DNA of 42,668 nucleotides, from IMG/VR virus record IMGVR_UViG_3300037419_001219; one strand, given 5' to 3'. Made by a program: the position numbers and the translations under genes. Shown piece by piece: positions 9,662-16,384 of the stretch (position 1 is its first letter; the number at the start of each line of letters is the position of its first letter). This DNA comes from a virus. A model generated the notes under the pieces. That model was given only the letters and a program-made list of their open reading frames with translations, was not told where the DNA came from and searched no databases.

Positions 9662-9962
9662 AGAAACGCAGAACCCTGCAACCCAGGTATCGTCTGGATT
9701 GAGCTCGATGATCACAGGCATCTGGTCTGCATTTGCGACGGCTGCAGGCTCATGGCGCGGACTCATCGGGCTTGCTCTCATACTGCTTTTTGTACTCATC
9801 TATCAGGGGAAACTACCCGTCAAATCAGATAACGCTGAAGTGCTGTCTTCAGTTGCAAATATCCGCAAAGATATTGCTGATTTGAAGGCGATTGTTACGC
9901 GCCAGAAAGACCCTTCAGTTGCCAACAACTATCCGTCAGCAATCGATCCGCCGAGGCCCTGA
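9654..9962 (+). CDS. Holin-like membrane protein
   Basis: 102 aa with two hydrophobic segments (LSSMITGIWSAFATAAGSW and GLIGLALILLFVLIY) and a charged C-terminus. It is the last gene of the lysis cassette. Confidence 0.5.
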   Translation: MAEETQNPATQVSSGLSSMITGIWSAFATAAGSWRGLIGLALILLFVLIYQGKLPVKSDNAEVLSSVANIRKDIADLKAIVTRQKDPSVANNYPSAIDPPRP

Positions 9963-11137
9963 TGTCATCCTATTTGCCGCGCTCGCTCTTCGATCAGGTC
10001 CAGCCGGAAACGGCAGATCCGACCTATCGCGCTTCTATGTTGCCGATCGCGACATACCCGAACGCCGACGGCTCCGGCGAGCATCTCGGCCTTGCGATGC
10101 CTGGCATGATCCAGGAGCCCATGAACGCGTTGATGCGTTTGATAGGAACGCCATCACATCCGGGCACCTTCGGGCAAGGCCCTGACTACGGCTCCAATGC
10201 AGAGGATATGCGAACCTTGCTGGAGACCTTCCTCGGAGGCAACGCCACAAGAGGAATGGGGGCAGTGGAAAGAGGGGCTGTAGAAGCTGCGCCGGCATAC
10301 GTACGCCGAAAGACGATTTACGATGAACCATTGGAACCCGGATCAGCAATCCATAAAACGACGGGAGACAATCAGGACCGCTTTGTCTCAAGATTCAATA
10401 GCGGAACGCAGAATTACGATGCGCAAGGCCGTTTCAGTCCAGATGGAACAGCTTACGTCCAGTGGATGGGGCCGGAACCCGGTTCTCCATTTTCAGCTGA
10501 CAGTTCGTTGAGCCGATCGGATTTTCGCAAGTGGCGAGATAGTTTTCTCGCGGCCTATCCCGACGTTCAGGCGTTCTCTGGGACTCGGATCAGCGGCGCC
10601 AAGATGGTGAACAACGCTGCGGATCGAACGCAAGCATTTCCAGCGCTGTTCTCGGATAACCTCCCCTCTCTCCCAGGAGCTGTTATAGCAGGGGCGGAGA
10701 AACAGCCATTCAATCCGACAGAGTTTCGGTTGGCCGATCTCATGCCAGGACAGTCTATCCATGCAGCGCCTTATCCCCATGACCCATCTCAATTCGTAAG
10801 CAGGTTCAATCACGGCGGAAACAATTATGAGGCATCGGGCCATATCGAGGATGGAACCGCGCACGTCGGGTGGATTGGAAGTACTACCGCTCCGTTCGGA
10901 AGCGCGGCAAACACGTTAGGAAGACCTGCTCTGAGACAATGGAGAGATAGCTTTTTAGAACAGTTCCCAGACGTAAAGTCGTTTTCGGGCGAGCGCATAA
11001 GTGGGTCTAGAGCAACAGAGGACGGAAACTATCCTGTCCAAACCGTATCCGCTCTTTTCTCAGACGGCCTCCCCTCTCTCTGGGGATCAGCCCTTCAACC
11101 CCAACAGCAATATCCAAACTCTCTCTTCCGGTACTAA
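9962..11137 (+). CDS. Hypothetical protein with an internal tandem duplication of a ~100-aa module
   Basis: aa 141-240 and 278-377 align by eye: FVSRFNxGxxNYxAxG..DGTAxVxWxG ... (R)xWRDSFLxxxPDVxxFSGxRISGx ... ALFSDxLPSLxG. Confidence 0.6.
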   Translation: MSSYLPRSLFDQVQPETADPTYRASMLPIATYPNADGSGEHLGLAMPGMIQEPMNALMRLIGTPSHPGTFGQGPDYGSNAEDMRTLLETFLGGNATRGMGAVERGAVEAAPAYVRRKTIYDEPLEPGSAIHKTTGDNQDRFVSRFNSGTQNYDAQGRFSPDGTAYVQWMGPEPGSPFSADSSLSRSDFRKWRDSFLAAYPDVQAFSGTRISGAKMVNNAADRTQAFPALFSDNLPSLPGAVIAGAEKQPFNPTEFRLADLMPGQSIHAAPYPHDPSQFVSRFNHGGNNYEASGHIEDGTAHVGWIGSTTAPFGSAANTLGRPALRQWRDSFLEQFPDVKSFSGERISGSRATEDGNYPVQTVSALFSDGLPSLWGSALQPQQQYPNSLFRY

Positions 11138-11349
11138 CGAATAACCTCGCGGAATTTTGCAAGGCGGATCTTTCCCCAATTAGGCAAGTCGAGAATTGCC
11201 GCGTCAGGTGTGCGGCGCACGTCTCCAATTGTCTGCAGCTTCAGATACTCCTTCAAACTCCAAATAAGACCAGGCGGCACATATGCTTTAAGCTGGTCAA
11301 GTTCAGCGTGATCTGGAAACCGTTGCAGTGGCGGCGGAAGATATCCCAT
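11134..11349 (-). CDS. Small helix-hairpin-helix protein resembling the RNA polymerase alpha C-terminal domain
   Basis: LKLQTIGDVRRTPDAAILDLPNWGKIRLAKFREVI fits the alpha-CTD HhH pattern (recalled). GGGGA lies 6 nt before the internal ATG at 11349. The ORF-track version starts at 11382. Confidence 0.5.
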   Translation of the reverse strand: MGYLPPPLQRFPDHAELDQLKAYVPPGLIWSLKEYLKLQTIGDVRRTPDAAILDLPNWGKIRLAKFREVIR

Positions 11350-11397
11350 CCTTAATCCCCTTGTGCAATGCGTCCCCAACACGGACGGAACCCATGA

Positions 11398-11718
11398 ATG
11401 ACCTCGAACTTCAACTCGGACCGCTCATCTCATCCGCCCTCGAACGACTCCGAGCATCCGAGCGTGATGCACATCATGCTGGAGCACCAGTTCACTCAGA
11501 CGCAGGCCCTTGGCAGGATCGAGGGCAAACTCGACGGCCATCATCGCCGGATCACGCGACTGGAACGGGCCCCACAGGAACCAAAATTCAACCCGTGGAA
11601 TCTCCTCATCGCGATCCTGCCTGGAGTACCTGGGGCCGTCGTCCTGGTATTGGCCGCACTCGGCAAGCTCCCCTGGTCAGCAGCCATGACCGCACTTACG
11701 AACGGCTCTGGTCATTGA
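11398..11718 (+). CDS. Hypothetical C-terminally membrane-anchored protein
   Basis: High third-position GC through the whole frame, unlike the overlapping 11328 frame. Helical region, then TM WNLLIAILPGVPGAVVLVLAALG. Confidence 0.55.
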   Translation: MTSNFNSDRSSHPPSNDSEHPSVMHIMLEHQFTQTQALGRIEGKLDGHHRRITRLERAPQEPKFNPWNLLIAILPGVPGAVVLVLAALGKLPWSAAMTALTNGSGH

Positions 11719-11817
11719 GCGGTTTATTTTCCGTCGCCGTGATCAGCGGGTTTCTCGTCAGCCATATGTTTTGAGACGGCATCATCGCTTTTATAGTGGT
11801 GGTGTAAGTCTCCGATC

Positions 11818-12036
11818 TTATCCAACTGCCTTCCGGCATCTTTCGTAAATCACGCGACGCTTGACGCCGACGAGTTCGCAAATCTTTTCGCTCGGCTCTT
11901 TATCGCCCGCCAGCACTGCCGACACGAATGCTTGAGACACGCCAACGGCATCAGCCACCGCTTTCTGGTTCATGTCCCGCAGCGCCATCAGTAATCGAAG
12001 TCTCTTGCGAACGCCGTCAGAATCCATGCTCGACAT
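11818..12036 (-). CDS. XRE/Cro-type HTH transcriptional regulator
   Basis: LRLLMALRDMNQKAVADAVGVSQAFVSAVLAG is a classic HTH_3 pattern. Confidence 0.7.
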   Translation of the reverse strand: MSSMDSDGVRKRLRLLMALRDMNQKAVADAVGVSQAFVSAVLAGDKEPSEKICELVGVKRRVIYERCRKAVG

Positions 12037-12038
12037 CT

Positions 12039-12227
12039 CTAGCTGCGAACAATCTTCTTAAACACTGCCCAAGCCAGAAATACCGACGCCAGAGGCCAGA
12101 ATACCGTACACACCGCGATGGCGGTTGTAGGCATTGAAACCGGGTCGCGTAGCATCCGGTTCGCCGTTGCTGTGATGACAAACATAGCAGCCGCTCCGAC
12201 AAGATACGCTTGCATGAATGTTATCAT
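12039..12227 (-). CDS. 62-aa two-TM membrane protein
   Basis: AYLVGAAAMFVITATA and AIAVCTVFWPLASVFLAWAVF are hydrophobic. It ends 2 nt before the HTH gene start. Confidence 0.55.
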   Translation of the reverse strand: MITFMQAYLVGAAAMFVITATANRMLRDPVSMPTTAIAVCTVFWPLASVFLAWAVFKKIVRS

Positions 12228-12238
12228 CTAACTCTCCT

Positions 12239-12460
12239 TTAACTTCCAAGTATGTCACGACCGGCATCACTGACGCTGTATGCTTCCGCGTCCGGTAACC
12301 ACTTTAGCAAACCAGCTTTGACCATCTGGTTCGCGACCTTCGTTCCGAACCCATGCGACGCGCTGAGATGTACACCGATCTCTTTCGACGAAGCCGCTCT
12401 TCGGTCATCGATGAACCGCAGAACTTGCGCAAAATATCGTTCGAGGTTAGGCTTGGTCAC
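12239..12460 (-). CDS. Small winged-helix (MarR-like) DNA-binding protein
   Basis: GTG start 5 nt after AGGGAG, directly after the upstream stop. FAQVLRFIDDRRAASSKEIGVHL..FGTKVANQMVKAGLL looks like a wHTH. The longer ORF-track version overlaps the zinc-finger gene. Confidence 0.5.
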   Translation of the reverse strand: MTKPNLERYFAQVLRFIDDRRAASSKEIGVHLSASHGFGTKVANQMVKAGLLKWLPDAEAYSVSDAGRDILGS

Positions 12461-12470
12461 ATCGGCTCCC

Positions 12471-12692
12471 TTATTGAACCGTTGACCAGTGCTTCCCGCA
12501 CTCGCATTCGCAGATAGGCCCGACGCCGCATTCGCACGGGGCGAGCACCGCGTCCAAGGCGACGAGTTCAGCATCGTAGGCAGCGTTCGCCTTTGCCGAC
12601 AGTTTCCCTTTGCCGTCACAGCGCATACAGTCGTCCCACTCGCCGAAGTAGTCCTTGCTGCCGCCCTGTCCTTCGCAGTCCGGGCACTTCAT
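12471..12692 (-). CDS. DnaJ-type (CXXCXGXG) zinc-finger mini-protein
   Basis: Contains CPDCEGQG and CMRCDGKG, plus a further Cys cluster CECGVGPICECECG. Confidence 0.6.
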   Translation of the reverse strand: MKCPDCEGQGGSKDYFGEWDDCMRCDGKGKLSAKANAAYDAELVALDAVLAPCECGVGPICECECGKHWSTVQ

Positions 12693-12710
12693 CCGCCTGC
12701 CTCCTATGTT

Positions 12711-12929
12711 TTACAAAGTTTTGCATTTCTCGGTCACGACGTATCCGCGACCCGGCACATGCTTGAGGAACCCTAGGCGCACGTACCTCGCTACAGGTTC
12801 ATACGTCTCGTGCATCGGCGGTTCGCCTCTACTCTCTGGGCCGAACCAAAAATATCCGTGGTGATATTTCGCGCAGTAGCGCAACTCATTGATATCCTGT
12901 TCAGACAGTTGGCAACGATACTCCGTCAT
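12711..12929 (-). CDS. Hypothetical protein
   Basis: 72-aa ORF packed into the minus-strand operon. No recognisable motif. Confidence 0.5.
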   Translation of the reverse strand: MTEYRCQLSEQDINELRYCAKYHHGYFWFGPESRGEPPMHETYEPVARYVRLGFLKHVPGRGYVVTEKCKTL

Positions 12930-13189
12930 TCGACTGGCCTCAGATATGGCTTGCCGTCTTCGGCGCTGAGAATTCTATTTTTGACTGCGGCGTGGCGTTC
13001 GTCGCTGGAATGCCCAACGGGGTCGTCACGCAAAGCGGCATCAACAGCCGCGCGGCTGACCATATGCGTCTCAGTTAGCCGATAAACGCGATCATTCGGC
13101 GTGAAGTCGCAGACGGTGTAGACCTCGCAAGGCTCATCCGTGGCGACCTCGAAGCTGCCGTCTTCTTTGAAGTTGATTACAATGCGCAT
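12926..13189 (-). CDS. Hypothetical protein
   Basis: ATG at 13189 preceded by GGGGAAACAG. High GC3 downstream of this start. An alternative GTG at 13303 has an AAGGAGAG SD, but that extension has lower GC3. Confidence 0.55.
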   Translation of the reverse strand: MRIVINFKEDGSFEVATDEPCEVYTVCDFTPNDRVYRLTETHMVSRAAVDAALRDDPVGHSSDERHAAVKNRILSAEDGKPYLRPVE

Positions 13190-13314
13190 CTGTTTCCCCG
13201 AACAAACATTATCGTAAAATGCCTTCGCTGCTCTAAGATCTGGCGTAACGCCAACGTCGCGGTATTGGCGACAAAGCAGCAAATACAGGCCGTTTACTCG
13301 CACGAAACTCTCCT

Positions 13315-13536
13315 TTAGCGTGAAACTGATTTCGGCAAATGGCACCACACGTTGGGTTCGCGAATGAACGGTCCAGCATGGTCATGGATGTAGTCTCCGA
13401 ACTCGGTGCATTCAAACCACAGCCACTCTCCGGCAGGTTCACTCGGAACGCATTTTGCGACGTATAGGCCGTGCCCGTCATGTGCCGCGACTGGCTTGTC
13501 AGGCTCCGGCAAAAGAACCGCTGGCGTCGTCCACAT
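13315..13536 (-). CDS. Hypothetical protein
   Basis: ATG at 13536 preceded by GGGAGAGAGCC. 73 aa. No recognisable motif. Confidence 0.5.
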   Translation of the reverse strand: MWTTPAVLLPEPDKPVAAHDGHGLYVAKCVPSEPAGEWLWFECTEFGDYIHDHAGPFIREPNVWCHLPKSVSR

Positions 13537-13546
13537 GGCTCTCTCC

Positions 13547-13666
13547 CTAAATCTTCTTGGGCTTGCGGCGTCTGCCGAGCCCCGATGTGTATTTCTGCAC
13601 AGCCGCGTGGCTGATCTTAATTCCAAATTCCGCTTCGATCTTTTCGGCGATCACGCGCCTAACCAT
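13547..13666 (-). CDS. Possible 39-aa basic HTH-like micro-protein
   Basis: Not in the ORF track. MVRRVIAEKIEAEFGIKISHAAVQKYTSGLGRRRKPKKI. GC3 about two-thirds. It overlaps the 3-prime end of the GIY-YIG gene by 16 nt. Confidence 0.35.
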   Translation of the reverse strand: MVRRVIAEKIEAEFGIKISHAAVQKYTSGLGRRRKPKKI

Positions 13667-14061
13667 TGTCCAATGATCTGTTGAATTTCTGGATCAGCTA
13701 GAAGCTTCTCCGTGTCAGGGAGATAGTCTCTCGGCCAAACTTTTTCTGACCTTGGCCGATTGGTATGATACCGCCCCCGCTGCCCAAGCGCCTTTATGGC
13801 CGTCTTGACGTGTCCGACCAGAACGTCGGCATCCACATCAAATTGCTCAATCCCCTTAACCGCTTTGTGCCCTTCCGCACGGATCAGCCTCAGCGCTTCG
13901 CCTTCGATAAGCCGCGCCTCTCCGGGTATTCTCCACGACTGCACGATGCGTTCCAGGCCGCGCGTTCTTTCATACTTGAAGCTCGCGAGCCTGGCATTGA
14001 CGTCGGCCGCAATGCCGACTTTTGAGCCGCCAGGACCTGTCGCAACGTAAACGTACATCAC
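13651..14061 (-). CDS. T5orf172 / GIY-YIG-superfamily domain protein
   Basis: VYVATGPGGSKVGIAADVNARLASF ... EGEALRLIRAEGHKAVKGIEQFDV matches the recalled T5orf172 pattern (YV....KIGxTxxxxxRl ... E..lh..f......EWF). Confidence 0.6.
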   Translation of the reverse strand: MMYVYVATGPGGSKVGIAADVNARLASFKYERTRGLERIVQSWRIPGEARLIEGEALRLIRAEGHKAVKGIEQFDVDADVLVGHVKTAIKALGQRGRYHTNRPRSEKVWPRDYLPDTEKLLADPEIQQIIGQWLGA

Positions 14062-14234
14062 CGGCCGCCTTTCTTCTCTTTAGCCTTTTCATCGGCCAAC
14101 AGCTTGCGGATTGCAGCCTCAATGACCGCCGCACGCGTGGTGCGGATCGGACGACTTGCAATCCATTCGTCAAGCTCAATCACCAACTCGGGATCGAGCG
14201 TGGCGTTGATAGGGATTCGGGTGCGCATTTCCAT
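14058..14234 (-). CDS. Ribbon-helix-helix (CopG-like) regulator, SD-less start
   Basis: MEMRTRIPINATLDPELVIELDEWIASRPIRTTRAAVIEAAIRKLL shows a beta strand plus two helices. ATGA coupling to the GIY-YIG gene. Only this C-terminal part of the 225-aa ORF-track call is credible. Confidence 0.65.
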   Translation of the reverse strand: MEMRTRIPINATLDPELVIELDEWIASRPIRTTRAAVIEAAIRKLLADEKAKEKKGGR

Positions 14235-14242
14235 GGGATGAC

Positions 14243-14294
14243 ATAATCCACACAAATCAACAAATGTCAACTCATGTGCGCACACGTGTTGACA
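14243..14294. promoter_or_regulatory. Divergent promoter/operator region
   Basis: Minus strand: TTGACA (14265-14270) N16 GATTAT (14243-14248), ending 8 nt before the RHH ATG. Plus strand: TTGACA at 14289-14294. A 10-bp palindrome TGTGCGCACA (14275-14284) lies between the two -35 boxes. ACAAAYGTCAA occurs as a direct repeat. Confidence 0.5.
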
Positions 14295-14339
14295 AACGTC
14301 AAGATATGGTTTACACGGATATTGTGGACGGAGGGGCAA

Positions 14340-14624
14340 ATGGAACTGAACGATATCGAATGCGTGTTCGTCGATACCGCTGGCGGGATTTGGGGTGCTC
14401 AGCGGTTCGACCATGGTGAGCCGGAAGACTGGTTCCGCCTCGACGAAAAGGCCACTCGTGAAGACGCTATAGCCAAGGCAACAGCAAAGTGGCCTGGCCT
14501 TCAACTTTTGGTCGAAGGCCCATGCGATTTTTGCAATGGCGCTGGACACGTTGAGGATGATCCGGAAGAGCCGTGCGAATATTGTGAAGGCGAAAAAGTG
14601 CTCTGCGCACCTTTGGAAGGATAA
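14340..14624 (+). CDS. DnaJ-type zinc-finger mini-protein
   Basis: ATG at 14340 preceded by GGAGGGGCAA. The C-terminus carries CDFCNGAG and CEYCEGEK. Confidence 0.55.
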   Translation: MELNDIECVFVDTAGGIWGAQRFDHGEPEDWFRLDEKATREDAIAKATAKWPGLQLLVEGPCDFCNGAGHVEDDPEEPCEYCEGEKVLCAPLEG

Positions 14625-14766
14625 CCCCGCTTTCCCCTTCCTCCAGTAAGCCTGAATGAGGGTGGGGAATGGTACAGCCGACACGAAGAACGCCGAAAAC
14701 CGCCGCTTCTGGTACATCGGTACCACGCAGATCACTTATCGATGTTGCAGAAGTTGTTGGATTCAT

Positions 14767-14816
14767 TGGTGCCGGCTGTAGGATTTGAACCTACGACCCC
14801 CTGATTACAAATCAGT
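14767..14816 (-). other. attP core: 3-prime 50 nt of a tRNA-Thr(UGU) gene (anticodon arm to CCA), not a complete tRNA
   Basis: The minus strand reads ACTGA-TTTGTAA-TCAGG-GGGTC-GTAGG-TTCAAAT-CCTAC-AGCCGGC-A-CCA. No matching 5-prime acceptor or D arm lies upstream. It is 37 nt from the integrase stop. Confidence 0.8.
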
Positions 14817-14852
14817 AGGCCGCTTTGATTTCACATCATTTTATGCTTTCGG

Positions 14853-15929
14853 TCAATTGAGAAGTATCTGTTTTCCTTCACTGTTTGTCGCCGAGTCGTT
14901 CACGGGTCCGGGTACCGAGGTACCAGTGGTGCACCTTATTTCCAGAGCCGTCGCCGCCTCCCGCAAATAGGCGGGATGAAAACGAGCGTAGTGTTTGCGC
15001 GTCGTCTCAATCGACGTGTGCCCCATAAATTCGGCGATGCGCTCCATCGAGACGCCTGCCTGGGCCATGTAGACGCCCGCTGTGTGTCGCAGGGTGTACT
15101 GGCTAACCCCAACGAGCCCGGCGCGCTTGGCGGCCGCCTTAACCCCGTTCCGGATGCTTTTTATCGGCCGGCCATCGACCTCGATGACGTGATCACAGGT
15201 CTTGACCTTGGAAGCCGTCTCGAGCTTCTCCAGCAACGTGGCGTTGATCGGAACGCGGGCGCGGCCCTTCTGCGTCTTGAACCGGGTCGGGTCGTCCAGG
15301 TTGACGATGCGGCGCGCGAGATCGACTCGCGGCCAGGTGAGCTCAAGAATGTGCTTCGGCCGGCCGGCAGTGGTCACAGAAAGGATGATGAACAGCTTGA
15401 CGTGCATCATCATCGCGCCGTCTATCAGAGCAAGCAGTTCTTCCATCGTCAGCCAGCGCTCGCGAGGGCGGCCCTGAGGCGGCTTGGCGATCTTCGGTGC
15501 CTTGTCGATGAGCTTGGCCTCTACGGCCCAATTCAGGGCGGCGGTGATGTATCCGAGGTCGTTCCTGATACCGCCGTTTGAGCATCCCATGGCCGTCCTG
15601 ATGGCGACGAACCGTTCGACTTGTTTCTCGTCGATCTCGGCGGCGGTCAGATCGCCCCAGATCGGTGCCAGCGTGCGGCCGACTTCCTTGATGCGGGTGA
15701 TGTTGACGACTTTGCCTTTCCGGTTCGCTTCGTACTTGTCGTAGATCATAGCGAGCGTGAGCCGCTCTGGCAGCTTCAGCCTTTCGGCCTCCCGGTTGAG
15801 GTCGCGGACAAAGCTTTTTGCATCCTCGACTTCCTGGATAGGCGCGACACGGCGGACGCGATCATTTGCTTTTCCGGTGACGGCACACCACTTCCCACGG
15901 TGCTTCCCAAGTCTCCACACGTCTTGCAT
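14853..15929 (-). CDS. int: Tyrosine recombinase / phage integrase
   Basis: The C-terminal block LRHTAGVYMAQAGVSMERIAEFMGHTSIETTRKHYARF matches the R..HxxR..Y catalytic region. Adjacent to the tRNA fragment. Confidence 0.9.
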   Translation of the reverse strand: MQDVWRLGKHRGKWCAVTGKANDRVRRVAPIQEVEDAKSFVRDLNREAERLKLPERLTLAMIYDKYEANRKGKVVNITRIKEVGRTLAPIWGDLTAAEIDEKQVERFVAIRTAMGCSNGGIRNDLGYITAALNWAVEAKLIDKAPKIAKPPQGRPRERWLTMEELLALIDGAMMMHVKLFIILSVTTAGRPKHILELTWPRVDLARRIVNLDDPTRFKTQKGRARVPINATLLEKLETASKVKTCDHVIEVDGRPIKSIRNGVKAAAKRAGLVGVSQYTLRHTAGVYMAQAGVSMERIAEFMGHTSIETTRKHYARFHPAYLREAATALEIRCTTGTSVPGPVNDSATNSEGKQILLN

Positions 15930-16090
15930 TTGCTGTCCCTGTACCGTTGAAGTTCAGTTTCAGCGATGCGGACCATCCGCGGCCCGAACTTGACCGCGGC
16001 CAGCTCCCCCTCGCGGATCAATTTGTAGACGTGGCCGCGCTTGCAGTCCAAAACGGCGGCAACACGTTGCGGGCTAAGCAGATTTTCCAT
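15776..16090 (-). CDS. xis: Excisionase / AlpA-type HTH protein
   Basis: LSPQRVAAVLDCKRGHVYKLIREGELAAVKFGPRMVRIAETELQRY is an excisionase-family HTH. GGAGG lies 5 nt before the ATG. The ORF tail overlaps int by 154 nt. Confidence 0.7.
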   Translation of the reverse strand: MENLLSPQRVAAVLDCKRGHVYKLIREGELAAVKFGPRMVRIAETELQRYRDSKCKTCGDLGSTVGSGVPSPEKQMIASAVSRLSRKSRMQKALSATSTGRPKG

Positions 16091-16108
16091 AGCTGCCTCC
16101 GAATCGGG

Positions 16109-16384
16109 TCATGTCTCCCCCTTAAGAGCACGGATGGATTTGGCGATTTCGTCTGCCCATATCGGCGAGCCATGTTCCAGTGAGTCTGTGTGTGCTTGGT
16201 CGGCGACCTTCGCGCATTCTTCAATGACCTGAGCGCGGATGTCTGCGATGTGAGTTTTCAGTCGTTCGAAACTGACGGCGACCGACCCGTTCAATTCCTG
16301 TTGGTTCTGCGGTTTGATCTTGTCCATCAGCTCGTAGAACGGCTTGAGTTCATCGATCATTGTCTTGATACGTTCGTTGCTCAT
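16109..16384 (-). CDS. Hypothetical early protein
   Basis: 91-aa helical ORF in the tightly packed early-left operon. Confidence 0.55.
   Translation of the reverse strand: MSNERIKTMIDELKPFYELMDKIKPQNQQELNGSVAVSFERLKTHIADIRAQVIEECAKVADQAHTDSLEHGSPIWADEIAKSIRALKGET

Noticed and set aside
11328-11774. 148-aa plus-strand ORF overlapping 11398..11718.
   Set aside because: Only its first ~25 codons look natural. Third-position GC collapses afterwards, while the 11398 frame keeps high GC3 throughout and ends in a TM helix.
14058-14735. 225-aa ORF-track call extending the RHH gene upstream.
   Set aside because: The extension runs through the divergent promoter/operator region and is antisense to the 94-aa zinc-finger ORF. 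Only the last 58 aa form a coherent RHH domain with its own promoter.
14762-14840. Possible complete tRNA gene.
   Set aside because: Only the anticodon arm through CCA is present. The sequence where the 5-prime acceptor and D arm should be does not pair with AGCCGGC. It is interpreted as the attP core instead.
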